Assembly: GCA_963849325.1 (NCBI GenBank)
Contig: CAWKHF010000005.1
Span: 928,001 to 992,000, forward strand
From: an uncultured Planctomycetota bacterium
GTDB taxonomy: Bacteria > Planctomycetota > Planctomycetia > Gemmatales > Gemmataceae
Reading direction: 5' to 3'
Length of the DNA: 64,000 nucleotides
Below the pieces are notes generated by a model, which was not told the origin of the DNA, did not search any database, and worked only from the letters and a program-made list of their open reading frames with translations. Each line of letters begins with the position of its first letter. Position 1 is the first letter of the stretch. Position numbers and translations under genes: made by a program. Positions 1 through 10,413 of the stretch are shown one piece after another.

Positions 1-783
1 CGTCTCGACGATGCGATTGTTCTGCATGACGCCCAGGCCGCGCGTGTTGCCGTCGAGTTGGAACTGGTAACGCAAGTTCGGGTCGAACGCCGAACCCTCC
101 CAGAACAGACGCAGACGCTTGACCTCCAGCTGCGAGAAGTCGCCGGCCGCCGGCTCGTAGCGCTGGCCGGTCAGGTGGTTGAGATTATCGGTGACTTTGT
201 AGAAGTAGTAATCGAGCTGGACGCGGCCGCGAATGCGCAGCTCGAAGGGGATGCGGCTCTGATCGTGCCAGTTGTCGTAGTTCGGATTGGGTGCGCTGCG
301 GATGTAGAAACCCTGCCCGGCCGCGAAGCCGGTCTGCACGCCGGCCGGCATGCCGATGCCCGGTTTTTCCTTGAGATAGCTATCGATAATAGCCTGGAAA
401 GCCGATTTGTCCTGTCCCTCGCCGCCCTCGGCGGTCTCCTTGCTCTCTTCGCCCTCTTTGCCGACGCCGCCCGGCGTCCCTTTGCCCTTTTTCCCTTTCG
501 CCCCGCTGGCCGGTTCAATGCTCTTGGGCGCGGCGGTGGTGCTGGGCGGCTGGGTGTTGGCCGAGACCGGCAGAAGGTTCGGTCCAGTGCTCAGGGCGTC
601 CACTCGCTGTCTCAAAACGTCCATCTGCTCCTGCTGCCGCTCCAGTTGCCGACTCTGGACATCGATGATTTGCCGCAAATCCTCCACGCTCTCCTGAGCC
701 TGGATCCGTCCGGCGCCCAGCAGAAGCGTTGCCAGGACCAACGCCGTCCGCTGTCTCCACCCCTTTCTCCAGCTCGACCGCAT
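1..783 (-). CDS. Outer-membrane porin, phosphate-selective porin O/P-like; 5' part only, runs off the window edge
   Basis: Own translation from ATG 783: MRSSWRKGWRQRTALVLATLLLGAGRIQAQ (signal peptide), a coiled coil, then GFYIRS...FELRIRGRVQLDY...EVKRLRLFWEGSAFDPNLRYQFQLD beta-barrel porin pattern. Absent from the ORF track because there is no stop in the window. Confidence 0.7.
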   Translation of the reverse strand, partial: MRSSWRKGWRQRTALVLATLLLGAGRIQAQESVEDLRQIIDVQSRQLERQQEQMDVLRQRVDALSTGPNLLPVSANTQPPSTTAAPKSIEPASGAKGKKGKGTPGGVGKEGEESKETAEGGEGQDKSAFQAIIDSYLKEKPGIGMPAGVQTGFAAGQGFYIRSAPNPNYDNWHDQSRIPFELRIRGRVQLDYYFYKVTDNLNHLTGQRYEPAAGDFSQLEVKRLRLFWEGSAFDPNLRYQFQLDGNTRGLGVMQNNRIVET

Positions 784-974
784 GATTCCGCCTTCCGGCA
801 CGGGAAGGAGACGTTGAGCGCCCCGGGACACCCCGAGATGGATCGACCAGATAGCGCAACCGGAATAAGAGGAAATACCCGCAAAGGCCGAAAAGTCGTT
901 GGCCGCCAGGGGTTATTATCGTGTCTTGAAGAACTTTGTGTGAAGGAAGCGAGAAGGTCGAGAACGAACGGATT

Positions 975-1014
975 GTTTCGCCGCGACGCGCAGCGGAGCG
1001 CGTCGCGGCGAAAC
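975..1014. repeat. Palindromic repeat family A, internally deleted copy
   Basis: GTTTCGCCGCGACGCG-CAGCGGAG-CGCGTCGCGGCGAAAC; same arms as the copies at 29104, 32255, 36907 and 52146. Confidence 0.85.
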
Positions 1015-1018
1015 CGGA

Positions 1019-2110
1019 TCATGACGCATGCAGGTTTTGCAGCATCTCGCGGCGCGATACCAGGCGATGGCCGCGGCACTCGTCGATGCGCAGGGTCTTG
1101 AGCAAACGCCGGCGCAGCTCGCCCTGCATCTGCTCGACGGCGCTGGCGGACGTGCTCAACAGCGGCACCGTGCCGCCGGCGCGGCGGTCGTGACCGCCGG
1201 CCCGACCGAGCTTGCCCACCACCTGACGCAACATCTCGCCCGCCCGAGCATCCGCCGCGGCGCTGCGCACCGACAGGATCAACTTGTCGTCGTAGACGCC
1301 GCCGCAGACCGCCCAGTCGATCTCCTCGAAGCGGATGAGGAAATCGACCACCTCCGCCGCCAGCTCCGGCTGCGGCAGCTCGTTGACCCAGCTGATAATC
1401 AGCCGATCGTAAATGAACGAACTCTGCAAGGCGTGCAGGATGCACTCGAAATGGCTCTGCGGCAGACGAGCGTTGCGGATGCGGGCCAGCAGGTCCTTCT
1501 CGGCCAGGGGATAGAGGTAGAGCAAGGCACTGTCGTCGAGGGAGCTGGCCTCGCGCGGATAGCCGCTCAGCTCCGTCTCAATGCCGTACAGCAGGCCGGT
1601 CGCCAAGCGCGGCGGCAAATCGATGCTCTGCTCCATCAGGTAACTCGTCACCAGCGAACAGGTTGCGCCCAGGGTGCGGCGAACGTCCACGAACGGGACG
1701 CCGTCCAGGTCGCCGGGAGTGTCGTGGTGATCGATGACGGCATAGAGGGGAACGCAGGGATCGAGATTGTGCCGGCCGGTGTTGGGCTGGCTATCGACCA
1801 TGACGATGGCGTCGCCTTCGTGCCAGGTGGCCTTCTCGATCGGCACCAGGTCGATGTCGAGCAGCGACACCATGGCCCGGTTCTCGGCCCGGCTGATGAG
1901 ACCGTCGCGGGTCAAACGGGTCCGCTTGCCCAGGACGGTTTCGACCAGATGGGCCAGGCCCATCATGCTGCCGAGGCTGTCCGGGTCGGGGTGGACGTGC
2001 GAGACGAAGGTGACGGTGGCCGCCTCCTTCAATCCTTCCAGAAAGCGATCCGAACGACGGAGGGGCGATGTCTTGCCATTCAATCCACAATCGGCGCTGC
2101 GACGCGCCAT
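1019..2110 (-). CDS. DHH/DHHA1 phosphoesterase (NrnA-like oligoribonuclease / cyclic-dinucleotide phosphodiesterase)
   Basis: Motifs HxHPDPDSLGS, VD, IDHH and AGGH; GAGGAGG RBS. Confidence 0.85.
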   Translation of the reverse strand: MARRSADCGLNGKTSPLRRSDRFLEGLKEAATVTFVSHVHPDPDSLGSMMGLAHLVETVLGKRTRLTRDGLISRAENRAMVSLLDIDLVPIEKATWHEGDAIVMVDSQPNTGRHNLDPCVPLYAVIDHHDTPGDLDGVPFVDVRRTLGATCSLVTSYLMEQSIDLPPRLATGLLYGIETELSGYPREASSLDDSALLYLYPLAEKDLLARIRNARLPQSHFECILHALQSSFIYDRLIISWVNELPQPELAAEVVDFLIRFEEIDWAVCGGVYDDKLILSVRSAAADARAGEMLRQVVGKLGRAGGHDRRAGGTVPLLSTSASAVEQMQGELRRRLLKTLRIDECRGHRLVSRREMLQNLHAS

Positions 2111-2322
2111 AACGGGTTTTCCTCCTCAGGAGCAAGTCAGGGTAGGTCGCACGGGGACGACAGCTGGGCGGCTGCGAACCCGTTGGCACATCCAGGGCAA
2201 CTCCTCCGTCCTTCGCGTGGGCCGCAGCCAGAGACCGCGACCCGAGGGGGGAAGTGCGGAGGCACTCCCTGACTCTGAACAAAATTGTAGCTCTCGCCAA
2301 GGCTCCTGCCAAGACAACGCAC

Positions 2323-2736
2323 TCATCCCGGTTCGGCGGCCAACTCCTCGACCCGCCGCCATTGCGCCTCCGTGACCGGCACGACGGACAGCCGCGGCAG
2401 TCGAACCAGGTCCCAGCCGGCCAGCAGCGGATCGTTCTTGATCCGGGCTAGCGAGACCGGGTGGGGCAGCAACCGCACGGCCTCCACCTCCACAAGCACT
2501 TCCTTGGGATCGTCGGCGTCGGGGTCCGTCCGCGGATCGCTCAGCACCCGCATCTCGCCGACGACGGCCTTCTCCTTGCCCGTGTGATAATAGAACGCGC
2601 GGTCGTCCCGGCGTACTTGCCACAAGTTCTGTCTTGCCAAGGCGTTACGAACTCCATCCCACACGGTTCGTCCCTCGCGCTGGAGGGAGGCGAAGTTGTA
2701 GTGGGTCGGCTCCTCCTTGAACAGCCAGCACGCCAT
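2323..2736 (-). CDS. EVE domain-containing protein
   Basis: MACWLFKEEP...WDGVRNALAR...FYYHTG...RLSVVPVTEAQW is the EVE/Thy28 signature; start moved to ATG 2736. Confidence 0.9.
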   Translation of the reverse strand: MACWLFKEEPTHYNFASLQREGRTVWDGVRNALARQNLWQVRRDDRAFYYHTGKEKAVVGEMRVLSDPRTDPDADDPKEVLVEVEAVRLLPHPVSLARIKNDPLLAGWDLVRLPRLSVVPVTEAQWRRVEELAAEPG

Positions 2737-2854
2737 GCACACGGTCCTCTCTGTCCGGTCTGCCCGACCGGATTCCCTTCTCAGGCTTCGATCCGAAATC
2801 CGCTCCAAGACCCCTTGTCTGGACAGCTGGGGTCGAGGCCGCTGCGTAGAATCC

Positions 2855-3035
2855 ATTGCCCCACGCGGAAGGCAAACCCCTTCGGTCCCCGCGTCACGGG
2901 TCGATCCGGAGTTGGGATCGGTTTCGGCCTCTAACCCTCTTAGGGGCACGTCTCATGCCGGGGCCGATCCCTTCTCGTGGCCTCGACCGCGTGTACCTTT
3001 CGTCCGGCGCAACCAACCTCTCGGCAGGAGGAACC
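2855..3035. ncRNA. Candidate ~180-nt rod-shaped structured RNA (6S-like)
   Basis: Nested long-range stems (2914-2928 with 2957-2971; CACGGGTCGA with TCGACCGCGTG; ~2859-2872 with ~3017-3031); TTGACG-N17-TAGGAC on the minus strand at 3068-3040; strand uncertain. Confidence 0.35.
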
Positions 3036-3339
3036 TCATGTCCTACCTTACATTTCTGTTCGCGTCAAAAGTCCCTGGTATGTCGAAATCGTCCGGGGCG
3101 GTCGGGGAGAGAGAGTCGGCCATTCCGGCGGCATGGCCGAACGCGGCGGAGACGGCCTCGTCTGTTCCTTCCGCCCCTTGGCCGGCCGAGCACGGGCTGC
3201 CCTCGGGGATCGCTTCGATGGAACATTGGCTGGACCTCAACGCCTGAGGGCGTCGAGGCTCTCTTTTTTCGCCGGGCTGTCCCTTCTCCGTCACCGATTC
3301 GGAAACGATCATAACCGTAATCAACTCAGGGAGCAAGAG

Positions 3340-5817
3340 TCAGCTAGCCGAAGAGGAGTCGAGCCAGTCGCGGACCTGCTTGCGCTGCGGGTCAGTTAAT
3401 TTGCGCGTGGGGGCGGTGGCGATCTCATCGAGGCGGCGCGCCTCCTCGGCCTGTTCTCGACATCGGCGCCTGTCGCCGGCCTTGGCCCAGGCCAGGGCCA
3501 GCGAGTAGTGCAGCTTGGCCTCGGTTGGATCGTTGGGCAGAAAGCCCTCCAGCACCCGGCCGGCCAACTCGTACTGCTGCTTGGCGGTCTGCTCCTTCTC
3601 GTTGACGAAGAGCGGGTCGCGGTCGGGCAGCTTGGCCATCGCCTCGTTGAGTCCGCCGAACATCATGCGGAGCTGATACTGCACCATGTAGCCCTGTCCT
3701 CCCTCCGGGTCGAACCGGGTAGCCATTACGCCGTGCTCGACGGCTTGGCGGGCGATCTTGAGGTCGGAGACTTGCGTCTTTTGCAGGTTCAGCCGCCACA
3801 CGGTGCCGTACCAGAACGCCGCCTGGACGTGCAGCCGCGCATCGTCCGGCGTCAAGTGGATGGCCTGCTCCAACCGAGCGAGGACGAGCTTTCGTAGATA
3901 GCCGTCCGGGTCGTTGCGGATGGCCGCGACGCGCTCGGCCGGCGGCTTGGCTCCTTCGCTGTGGAAAAAGGCGACGGCCCGCACCGCATCGCGCAGCAGG
4001 CTATCGCTGCCGAGTACTGGATAGAGGATGGAGGTGACGTAGCCGAGGACGACCGCGACGAGGATGGGCAGAGGCAGGATCATGGCGACGCCGGGACGGC
4101 TGAGCCAGCGCGACGGCTGGAGCGAATGAGCATTGAGGGCCAGGGCGACGGCGACCCACAGCGGCCCGGCCACGGACGGAAAGGCGATGCCGCCGGAGAC
4201 GCACAGGTTGAGCAACAAGGCGGCGACGCCGGCCGTCAGGGCCAGGGCGCGGCCGCGATCGGACCACGGCACCCGTTCGAGCAGGCCATAGGCCGCGAAC
4301 CAGACGACGGAGCGCAGCGCCGCCGCCCACGTCTCCGGCAGGATTCTTCGGGGGCCGCGTCCCAGACGCGCAGCAGGAACGCCAGCAGCAGGCCAAACAT
4401 GCCGCCGAGGTAGAAGTGCCAGCGAACCTCCGGCGAGCGGGGGGCGTCAGCCCCCTGTTCCGGCGTCAACAGGGGGCCGACGCCCCCCGCTCGCCCTAAC
4501 CACCCAACCACCCGCAAGAAGAAAGACGCGAGCACTCCCAGCAGGGCGAGCAGGGCGAACAGACCGCACGTCGCCCACATCTCCAGGGCGAAGTTGTGCG
4601 GATCCTTGATCTTCTCGCCGGCGGTCTCGTCCATGACGCGCGTGTAGTTTTCGCCGAAATTGCCGGGACCGACGCCCAGCCACGGCCGCTCGCGGATCAT
4701 CCGGCAAGTGGCACTCCAGTATTGCAGACGCAGGGCCACCGTGTTGTTCTGCTTGCCCACGGCGGTCGTCAGCAGGCCGCTCCTCCAGGCGCCGTAGCCC
4801 AGTCCGACGAGCACGAGCACGGCGGCCAGCGTGACAAGCAAGTGGGTGCGCAGCGTGCGCCGCCAGAGCAGGACGACGACGCCCAGGCCAGCCAGGACCA
4901 GGCCCAGCATCGCGCCGCGGCTGTGAGTCAGCCACAAGGCCGCGCCGCCAAGCACGGCGCAGCCGGCCGCCAGGATGGTTTGCCAGGTCGGAGCGCGCGT
5001 TCGCCAACAGACCACGGCCGCCCCGATCAGGCCCGGCAGCCACAGGACGAGATAGCCGGCGTAACTGTTGGGATGAGCGTATGTCCCGAAGATGTTGTTC
5101 TCGTGCAGGCGGCGGAGATACTGCCGCAGGTGGGCCTCGTCGCGGTCTTGCAAGTCGCCCTGACGAGCGAGCATCTCGCGCAACTTGTCGATGTCGTCGC
5201 CGACCTGGCGGCGTGTCTCCGGTATCTCGACCCGGTATTGATAGATGCCGTGCGCCGCCAACGACACGGCGCCGGCCAGCACGCGGTGAACAATCCGCGC
5301 TGCTCGGCTGTCGTGACGGCCAACTGGCGGACCACGAAGAACGCGAGGAACAGGCCGAACCACTCCCAGGCGATGAGCCGGGCCGGGAACTTGTAGTGGG
5401 CGGCCATCTCGGCACTGAGGAAGATCAGCGCCACCGTGGCCAGCAAGGCCGTCTGCACCACGCCGCCATACCAATTCCGCGCCGGCGGCCCCTCGCCCTC
5501 CGTTTCGCCGGTCGATTCTTCGACGGTCCCATCCGGGCGCGTTGCGGGCCGCAGCCAGAAGCGCCAGACGGCCCAGCCGAGGGCGGCCACCAGCCACAAC
5601 AGCGTCAGGACCATGCCCAGCGGATCGGTCATGCCCTCCATCAGGCCGGGGTCTTCGCCGAGGACCAACGGCCGGGCCACCAGCAGCGCCGTCGCCAGCA
5701 CCAGCAGGGCGCGGCGCAGCAGGGCCGGCCCGGAAAGGGTCGGAACGTCCTCGGCTTCGGGGTCCGGCGGTTTCGGGGTTTCGGCCGGCGCGGTCTTGTG
5801 TTTGCGGGTCGTGGCAT
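3340..5817 (-). CDS. O-antigen ligase (Wzy_C/WaaL-like) membrane protein with C-terminal TPR region; frameshifted
   Basis: Track pieces 5027-5701, 4236-5939 and 3340-4272 carry GTYAHPNSYAG, LTHSRGA, PWLGVGPGNF, DPHN and TPR helices; ATG at 5817 after a CAGGAG RBS; several 1-nt indels. Confidence 0.8.
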
Positions 5818-5942
5818 GACTCCTGAGAGCACCGGGGCGAACGGCCGGCGACCCGTTCCACCGCCGGCCATGTCGTCACCGCATAGAGTAGCAGACCACT
5901 CGCCCCGTTGACCAGCGCCAACAGGTAAAGGACGCGCACCGC

Positions 5943-6503
5943 TCAGGAATGCTCGTCTGCCGGTCTTTCTTCGCGCAGACGCTGGCGGTAGTAATCGCGG
6001 GCCTGTTGCAAGAAGTCGTGGACGCAGGGCAGACGATAATCGGCGTAGGTCCACGGCCACGGCTCGAAAGCGCCGGCGTGATAGCGCAATGTCACCTCGG
6101 CGAAGATGCCGTCGCGCAGGTAGACGCGATGGGATTGGTCCTTGGTGGTGGCCAGCAAGAACTTGCCGAGCACGAGGAGACCCGGATCGAGGTTGAGCGG
6201 CCGCAGTTCGGGATAAATGCCCGCGACGGCCAACTCGCGTTCGAGGGCGTTGGTTCGCAGCTTGATGTCGGCGAGGCGGTCGGGTGCGACGAGATCACGG
6301 AAGGCGAGGAGTTGTTTGAGCAGATCCGGCCCCATGCTCGCCTCGTAGTAGGCCGTCTGATCGAAGACGAATGGCGGGCTGGCCAGCTGCACGGGACCGA
6401 AGAAGTGTTCCAGCCGGCCCCGCGCCCGGGTCAGCACCTCGGGATGACGGCTGAAGGCGGCTATCACTAACAGCACCGGCACGTGAGGACTCGGCTGAGC
6501 CAT
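5943..6503 (-). CDS. DUF4416 family protein
   Basis: TAYYEASMG...R.LNLDPG.L....F.LATTK...HRVYL..GIFAEVTL.Y...WPWTYADY. Confidence 0.8.
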   Translation of the reverse strand: MAQPSPHVPVLLVIAAFSRHPEVLTRARGRLEHFFGPVQLASPPFVFDQTAYYEASMGPDLLKQLLAFRDLVAPDRLADIKLRTNALERELAVAGIYPELRPLNLDPGLLVLGKFLLATTKDQSHRVYLRDGIFAEVTLRYHAGAFEPWPWTYADYRLPCVHDFLQQARDYYRQRLREERPADEHS

Positions 6504-6545
6504 CGGCGCTAATCTCGGCCGCTTGCTTGCGGCTGCGAGTGTTTA

Positions 6546-6602
6546 TCCGAGCCTGAAGCGTTAGCGAAGATTTCCTTTCTTCACTAACGCTTCAAGCTCG
6601 GA
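6546..6602. repeat. Palindromic repeat family B (GAGCCTGAAGCGTAAGCGAAG arm)
   Basis: Inverted repeat matching the copies at 46715 and 62997. Confidence 0.85.
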
Positions 6603-6619
6603 AGAGTTTGGCCATTATT

Positions 6620-7303
6620 CTACCGCAATTTCTGCTGCTTGAGCACTTCCTGCAACCACTGACGGTCCTCGGCGCCTAGCGGCGTGCTGGGGTCTTTGCC
6701 ATAGTCGATCTTGGACGCGAAGCCGCCCTGGTCGTAGCAGCGCGTGAAGGCCGTGTGCAGGTCGAGCACCGTATCGCGGTCGTCGGAGGCCAACGGCAGA
6801 CGAAAACGCGGCAGACGCTTTTGCAGCGTGGCCGTGTAAATCTCATAGCGCTCCGGCTGTGTCGAGCGCGTCACGGTGACGGCGTAGTCCCAGTCGGGCA
6901 GACCGTCGCGCGAATACTCCAGCGTCGGCTGTCCTTGCAGCACCAGGTCCAGCTCGACGAGGTTGGCGCTGACGTTGCGGCCCTCACGGCGCTTGTCGAG
7001 ATAGGCGTCGCGGCCGGCCGACGTCACCTTATTGGCCGGACTGACCACATCGACCATCGTGATCAGCCGGCCGTCGGAGCGCTGGCGGACCTCGATGTAG
7101 TCTTCGTGGTGTTCCTCGCGCACGACCGAGGTGAACAGGGCTTGCTCGGTGACGTAGTGGCGCTGGTTGACGCGGGCCCGGTAGCGATCGACGAGGCCGG
7201 GCAGCAGGATTTGATACAGACACATGACGAGCTGGTGATGGAACACCGGCCACAGAGCGTCATCTTCGAGGTAAGGGTCCATACCTGGAAAGGGGCTCGG
7301 CAT
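6620..7303 (-). CDS. DUF4058 family protein
   Basis: MPSPFPGMDPYLE...SPANK...Y..KR...LVELDL...LP.FRLPL is the characteristic planctomycete family pattern. Confidence 0.9.
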   Translation of the reverse strand: MPSPFPGMDPYLEDDALWPVFHHQLVMCLYQILLPGLVDRYRARVNQRHYVTEQALFTSVVREEHHEDYIEVRQRSDGRLITMVDVVSPANKVTSAGRDAYLDKRREGRNVSANLVELDLVLQGQPTLEYSRDGLPDWDYAVTVTRSTQPERYEIYTATLQKRLPRFRLPLASDDRDTVLDLHTAFTRCYDQGGFASKIDYGKDPSTPLGAEDRQWLQEVLKQQKLR

Positions 7304-7645
7304 CGGCGATCATCTCCCTGGTTCCTGGAGAACGGCACGGGACAGACAAGGTTTCGGGTCGCGGAGCGGTCCCGAACTCAAGAGCCGGTTTCGCGGTCGG
7401 CCGGCACGCTCTCCGCTTCGTCCCAAGGGCGCACTCCCCCTAGACTACCGTTCGCCCTTGGCCTGTCCAAATGAATTTTCCACTACCGCTCCGAGGCTCT
7501 CGCGGGGTCCATTATAGGGGGCGTTCCGGGGAAGTGCCAGCATCCCCGAAGGAGCCGCGATTGACGCGGACTTCCTCGTTTCCGTACACTCCTTCCGCCG
7601 CCCTCTCGCTCCTCGTTCGCATGATGAGAAACAGGAGGTTCGATC

Positions 7646-10393
7646 ATGAACGCACGGATTGCCCTGGCCGTTCTCCTTCTTCTGACCGGCCGTGTTGGGG
7701 CCGGCGAGATCGACAAAGCCAAGCTGCGCAAGCTCGCCGAACTGCCGACCGTCACCGTCGTCGCCGGCGTCGGCTTCTCGACCACCTCTGGCTTCACCTT
7801 CAACGACGAGAAGCCCGATCCAGCGGCGGAGATTGTTCGCTTGCGCAAGCAACTCCAGGGCGATGCCACGGATGCGGAGCGCTATCAGCGTCTGGGACTG
7901 CTCTATCACAAGATCGATCAAAAGAAGGCGTCGGAGGAAGCCTACGCCAAGGCCGTCGCCCTGTGTCGGCGGCAAGTGCGCGAACATCCGGAGGACAAGC
8001 GCTGGCTGGCTCGCCTGGGCGATGCCCTTGTCGCTACCGACCAGGCGGACGAAGGCGAGAAACTCCTGCGCCGTGCGATCCGGGAGGCGCCGGAGGATTG
8101 GCGGGCGTGGCTGGCGCTGGCCCAGTGCCTGGACGGCCGAGCCGTTCACGCGGTTACGGGGGACGAAGGGTTCACTCTCCGGTTCGCCAGTGAGAAGTTG
8201 ATCGTCTCCACACTGCTCAAGAAGAAGCCGACGGCGCAGCAGATCGCCCAGATGCGCCGGCTGCACAAGGAAGCGCGAGCCTGTTACGACCGGGCCGTCA
8301 CCTTGGCGCCGCGAGAGACGAAACCTTATTTCTGGCGTGCCGCTTCGAGCTGGGGTCATGGGGCCATCGAAGCGGGTCTCCGCATGGCCAAGGTCGAGAA
8401 AGCCGATCTCGTCGCCGCCCTGCTGACGCCCGATGTCGCCGCCGACATGAGCCGGGTCGCCCGGCTCTCCCCCGACGATCCGCGCCTATCGGGATGGCGA
8501 TGTTCCTGGAGATCCTAACCTGCGTCCTGCATGGCAAGATCGACGTAAAGGACGACGCTTTCTCGAGCATTATGGGGAACAATCGTCCCCTGCTGGAGCT
8601 GCTGCCCAAAAAGAGCCGAGACTTCGTTCGCTGGTCACAGGATCGCCTGGAACATCTGACGAAGAGCAAGGACAAGGATGCGTCCGCCGTGGCCTGCGAA
8701 ATGCTGGCCGTCACGCTGCTATTCCTGCAATCGTGGGATGAAGATCACGGTGGCGGCTCGCACTCGCCCTTCCGCAAGGACAAGGACATAGGGGAAAAAA
8801 CGATCTCGAAAATCCTGGACTATCTGCGCCGCGCCGTCGAGTTGGATCCGTCGCGCGAGCGCGCCTGGGAGATGTTGACGCCGCTGCTCGTGGAACAGGC
8901 GAAGTACGAGGAAGCGGCTGTCGTGGCCCGCAAGCGGATCGCGCGGAAGGACAACGCCCACAATCGCTTCTTTCTGGCGAAGGTGTACGCCGAACAGAAG
9001 CAATTCGACAAGGCGGCCGAACAGTTGCGTATCGGGCTGAAGCAGGAGCCGGAGGACCTTGATTGCCGGCTCGGCTTGATTGCCATGCTGCTGAAGCGCG
9101 ACGATTCGGCAGCGCGGAAGGAAGCGGGCGAACAACTCGGCGAAGTCAAAGTGCGAAAGAGCGACGACAAGAGCAAATCGCGCCAGGTGAGTTATTCCTT
9201 GCTGCGCGGCATTCACGCCGCCCTGAGCGGATCGGCCCGACCGAGCGAAAGAGTTGTTCTGGGAAGTCCTGCAACACGACCAGGGCAACACGAAGGCGAT
9301 GCGTGCCTTGGCGGCCCTCGGACAACCGTTGACGCCGGCCGACGAGCAGAGGGCGATGGATTACCTCCGCGAACGAGGCGGGGAGATCAACGGCGGCAAG
9401 AAGCATCCCGCCTTGCCGGTGGTCCAAGTCCGACTCTCCGAATTGAAGAACAAGTTCACGGATGACGATCTGTTCGCCCTCACTGCGTTCTCCTACCTCC
9501 ACGGCCTCCATTTGTACAGCTACACGATCACCGATGACGGGCTCGTTCCCTTCAACGGCCTCACCGGCCTTCGTAAGCTGGAGTTGTCTTGTTCCAGGAT
9601 CACCGATAAGGGATTGAGGCGCCTCCAAGCATTGACCAATCTTCGCCATCTTTCCCTTGACGGTCGGAACGTCAGCGATGTCGGCCTGAGCTACCTGGAA
9701 GCGTTTCCGAAACTGGAGAGTTTGTCGATCGATAACTTGCACCTTAACACGTCTATCACGGACAAGGGACTGGCTCATCTTCGCAAGCTCACTCAGCTCC
9801 GGGAGGTTTCGTTGAGTGAGTGCGTGACAGACAAAGGGCTGGCTCACCTCGCTGCTCTGCCCCGGCTGCAAAAGCTGTACATCGTCTACACCCCAATCAC
9901 GGATGAAGGAATGAAGCAACTGGAGCGGTGTACGGAGCTACGCGAGCTGTGGCTTAGCGGCACGGAGATCTCCGACGCCGGTCTGGTCCACCTCAAGGGA
10001 CTTCGCCATCTCCAAAAAATAGACCTGTCCAACACGAAAATCACCGATGCCGGTTTGGCCCACCTGCGGGGGCTGAACAACTTACGTGAGTTAAGCCTGA
10101 AAGACTTCAACCCATTTGAGGGGGCGATACAACAGATGAAGTTCTTCCCCGGCCAGGAGCCGGAGAAGAAGCCGGAGAAACGCCGAATCACGGACACGGG
10201 CCTGAAACATCTCGAGGGACTGACCAAGCTGGAGAAACTGAATTTGTCCGGGCACCCCGTCACGGATGCGGGGCTGGTTCATCTGCACGGGCTGAAGCGA
10301 CTGAAGTACGTCCGTCTCGACGGAACGAAAGTCACGGCCAAGGGCGTCGCCGAGCTGCGGAAGGCCATTCCCGAGTTGGAGGTTTCGCGCTGA
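7646..10393 (+). CDS. Secreted TPR-repeat plus leucine-rich-repeat protein; frameshifted near 8490 and 9240
   Basis: Signal peptide MNARIALAVLLLLTG; TPR helices in 7646-8518 and 8494-9465; repeated LxxLxLxxTxITDxGLxHL units in 9254-10393. Confidence 0.7.
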
Positions 10394-10413
10394 GTATCGC
10401 TCGCCCCGGTGTC

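Noticed and set aside
58-1101. 347-aa plus-strand ORF and the many other long antisense or alternate-frame ORFs in the track
   Set aside because: Shadow ORFs of GC-rich genes; the opposite strand or another frame carries recognisable protein families
2115-2260. Paired segments upstream of the DHH gene as a c-di-AMP riboswitch
   Set aside because: Conserved ydaO motifs are absent on the coding strand; pairing is explicable by high GC
2866-2900. GGCAAACC suggesting a c-di-GMP-I riboswitch
   Set aside because: Lacks the GNRA-capped P2 and the GACGCAAAG continuation, and is on the opposite strand to flanking genes
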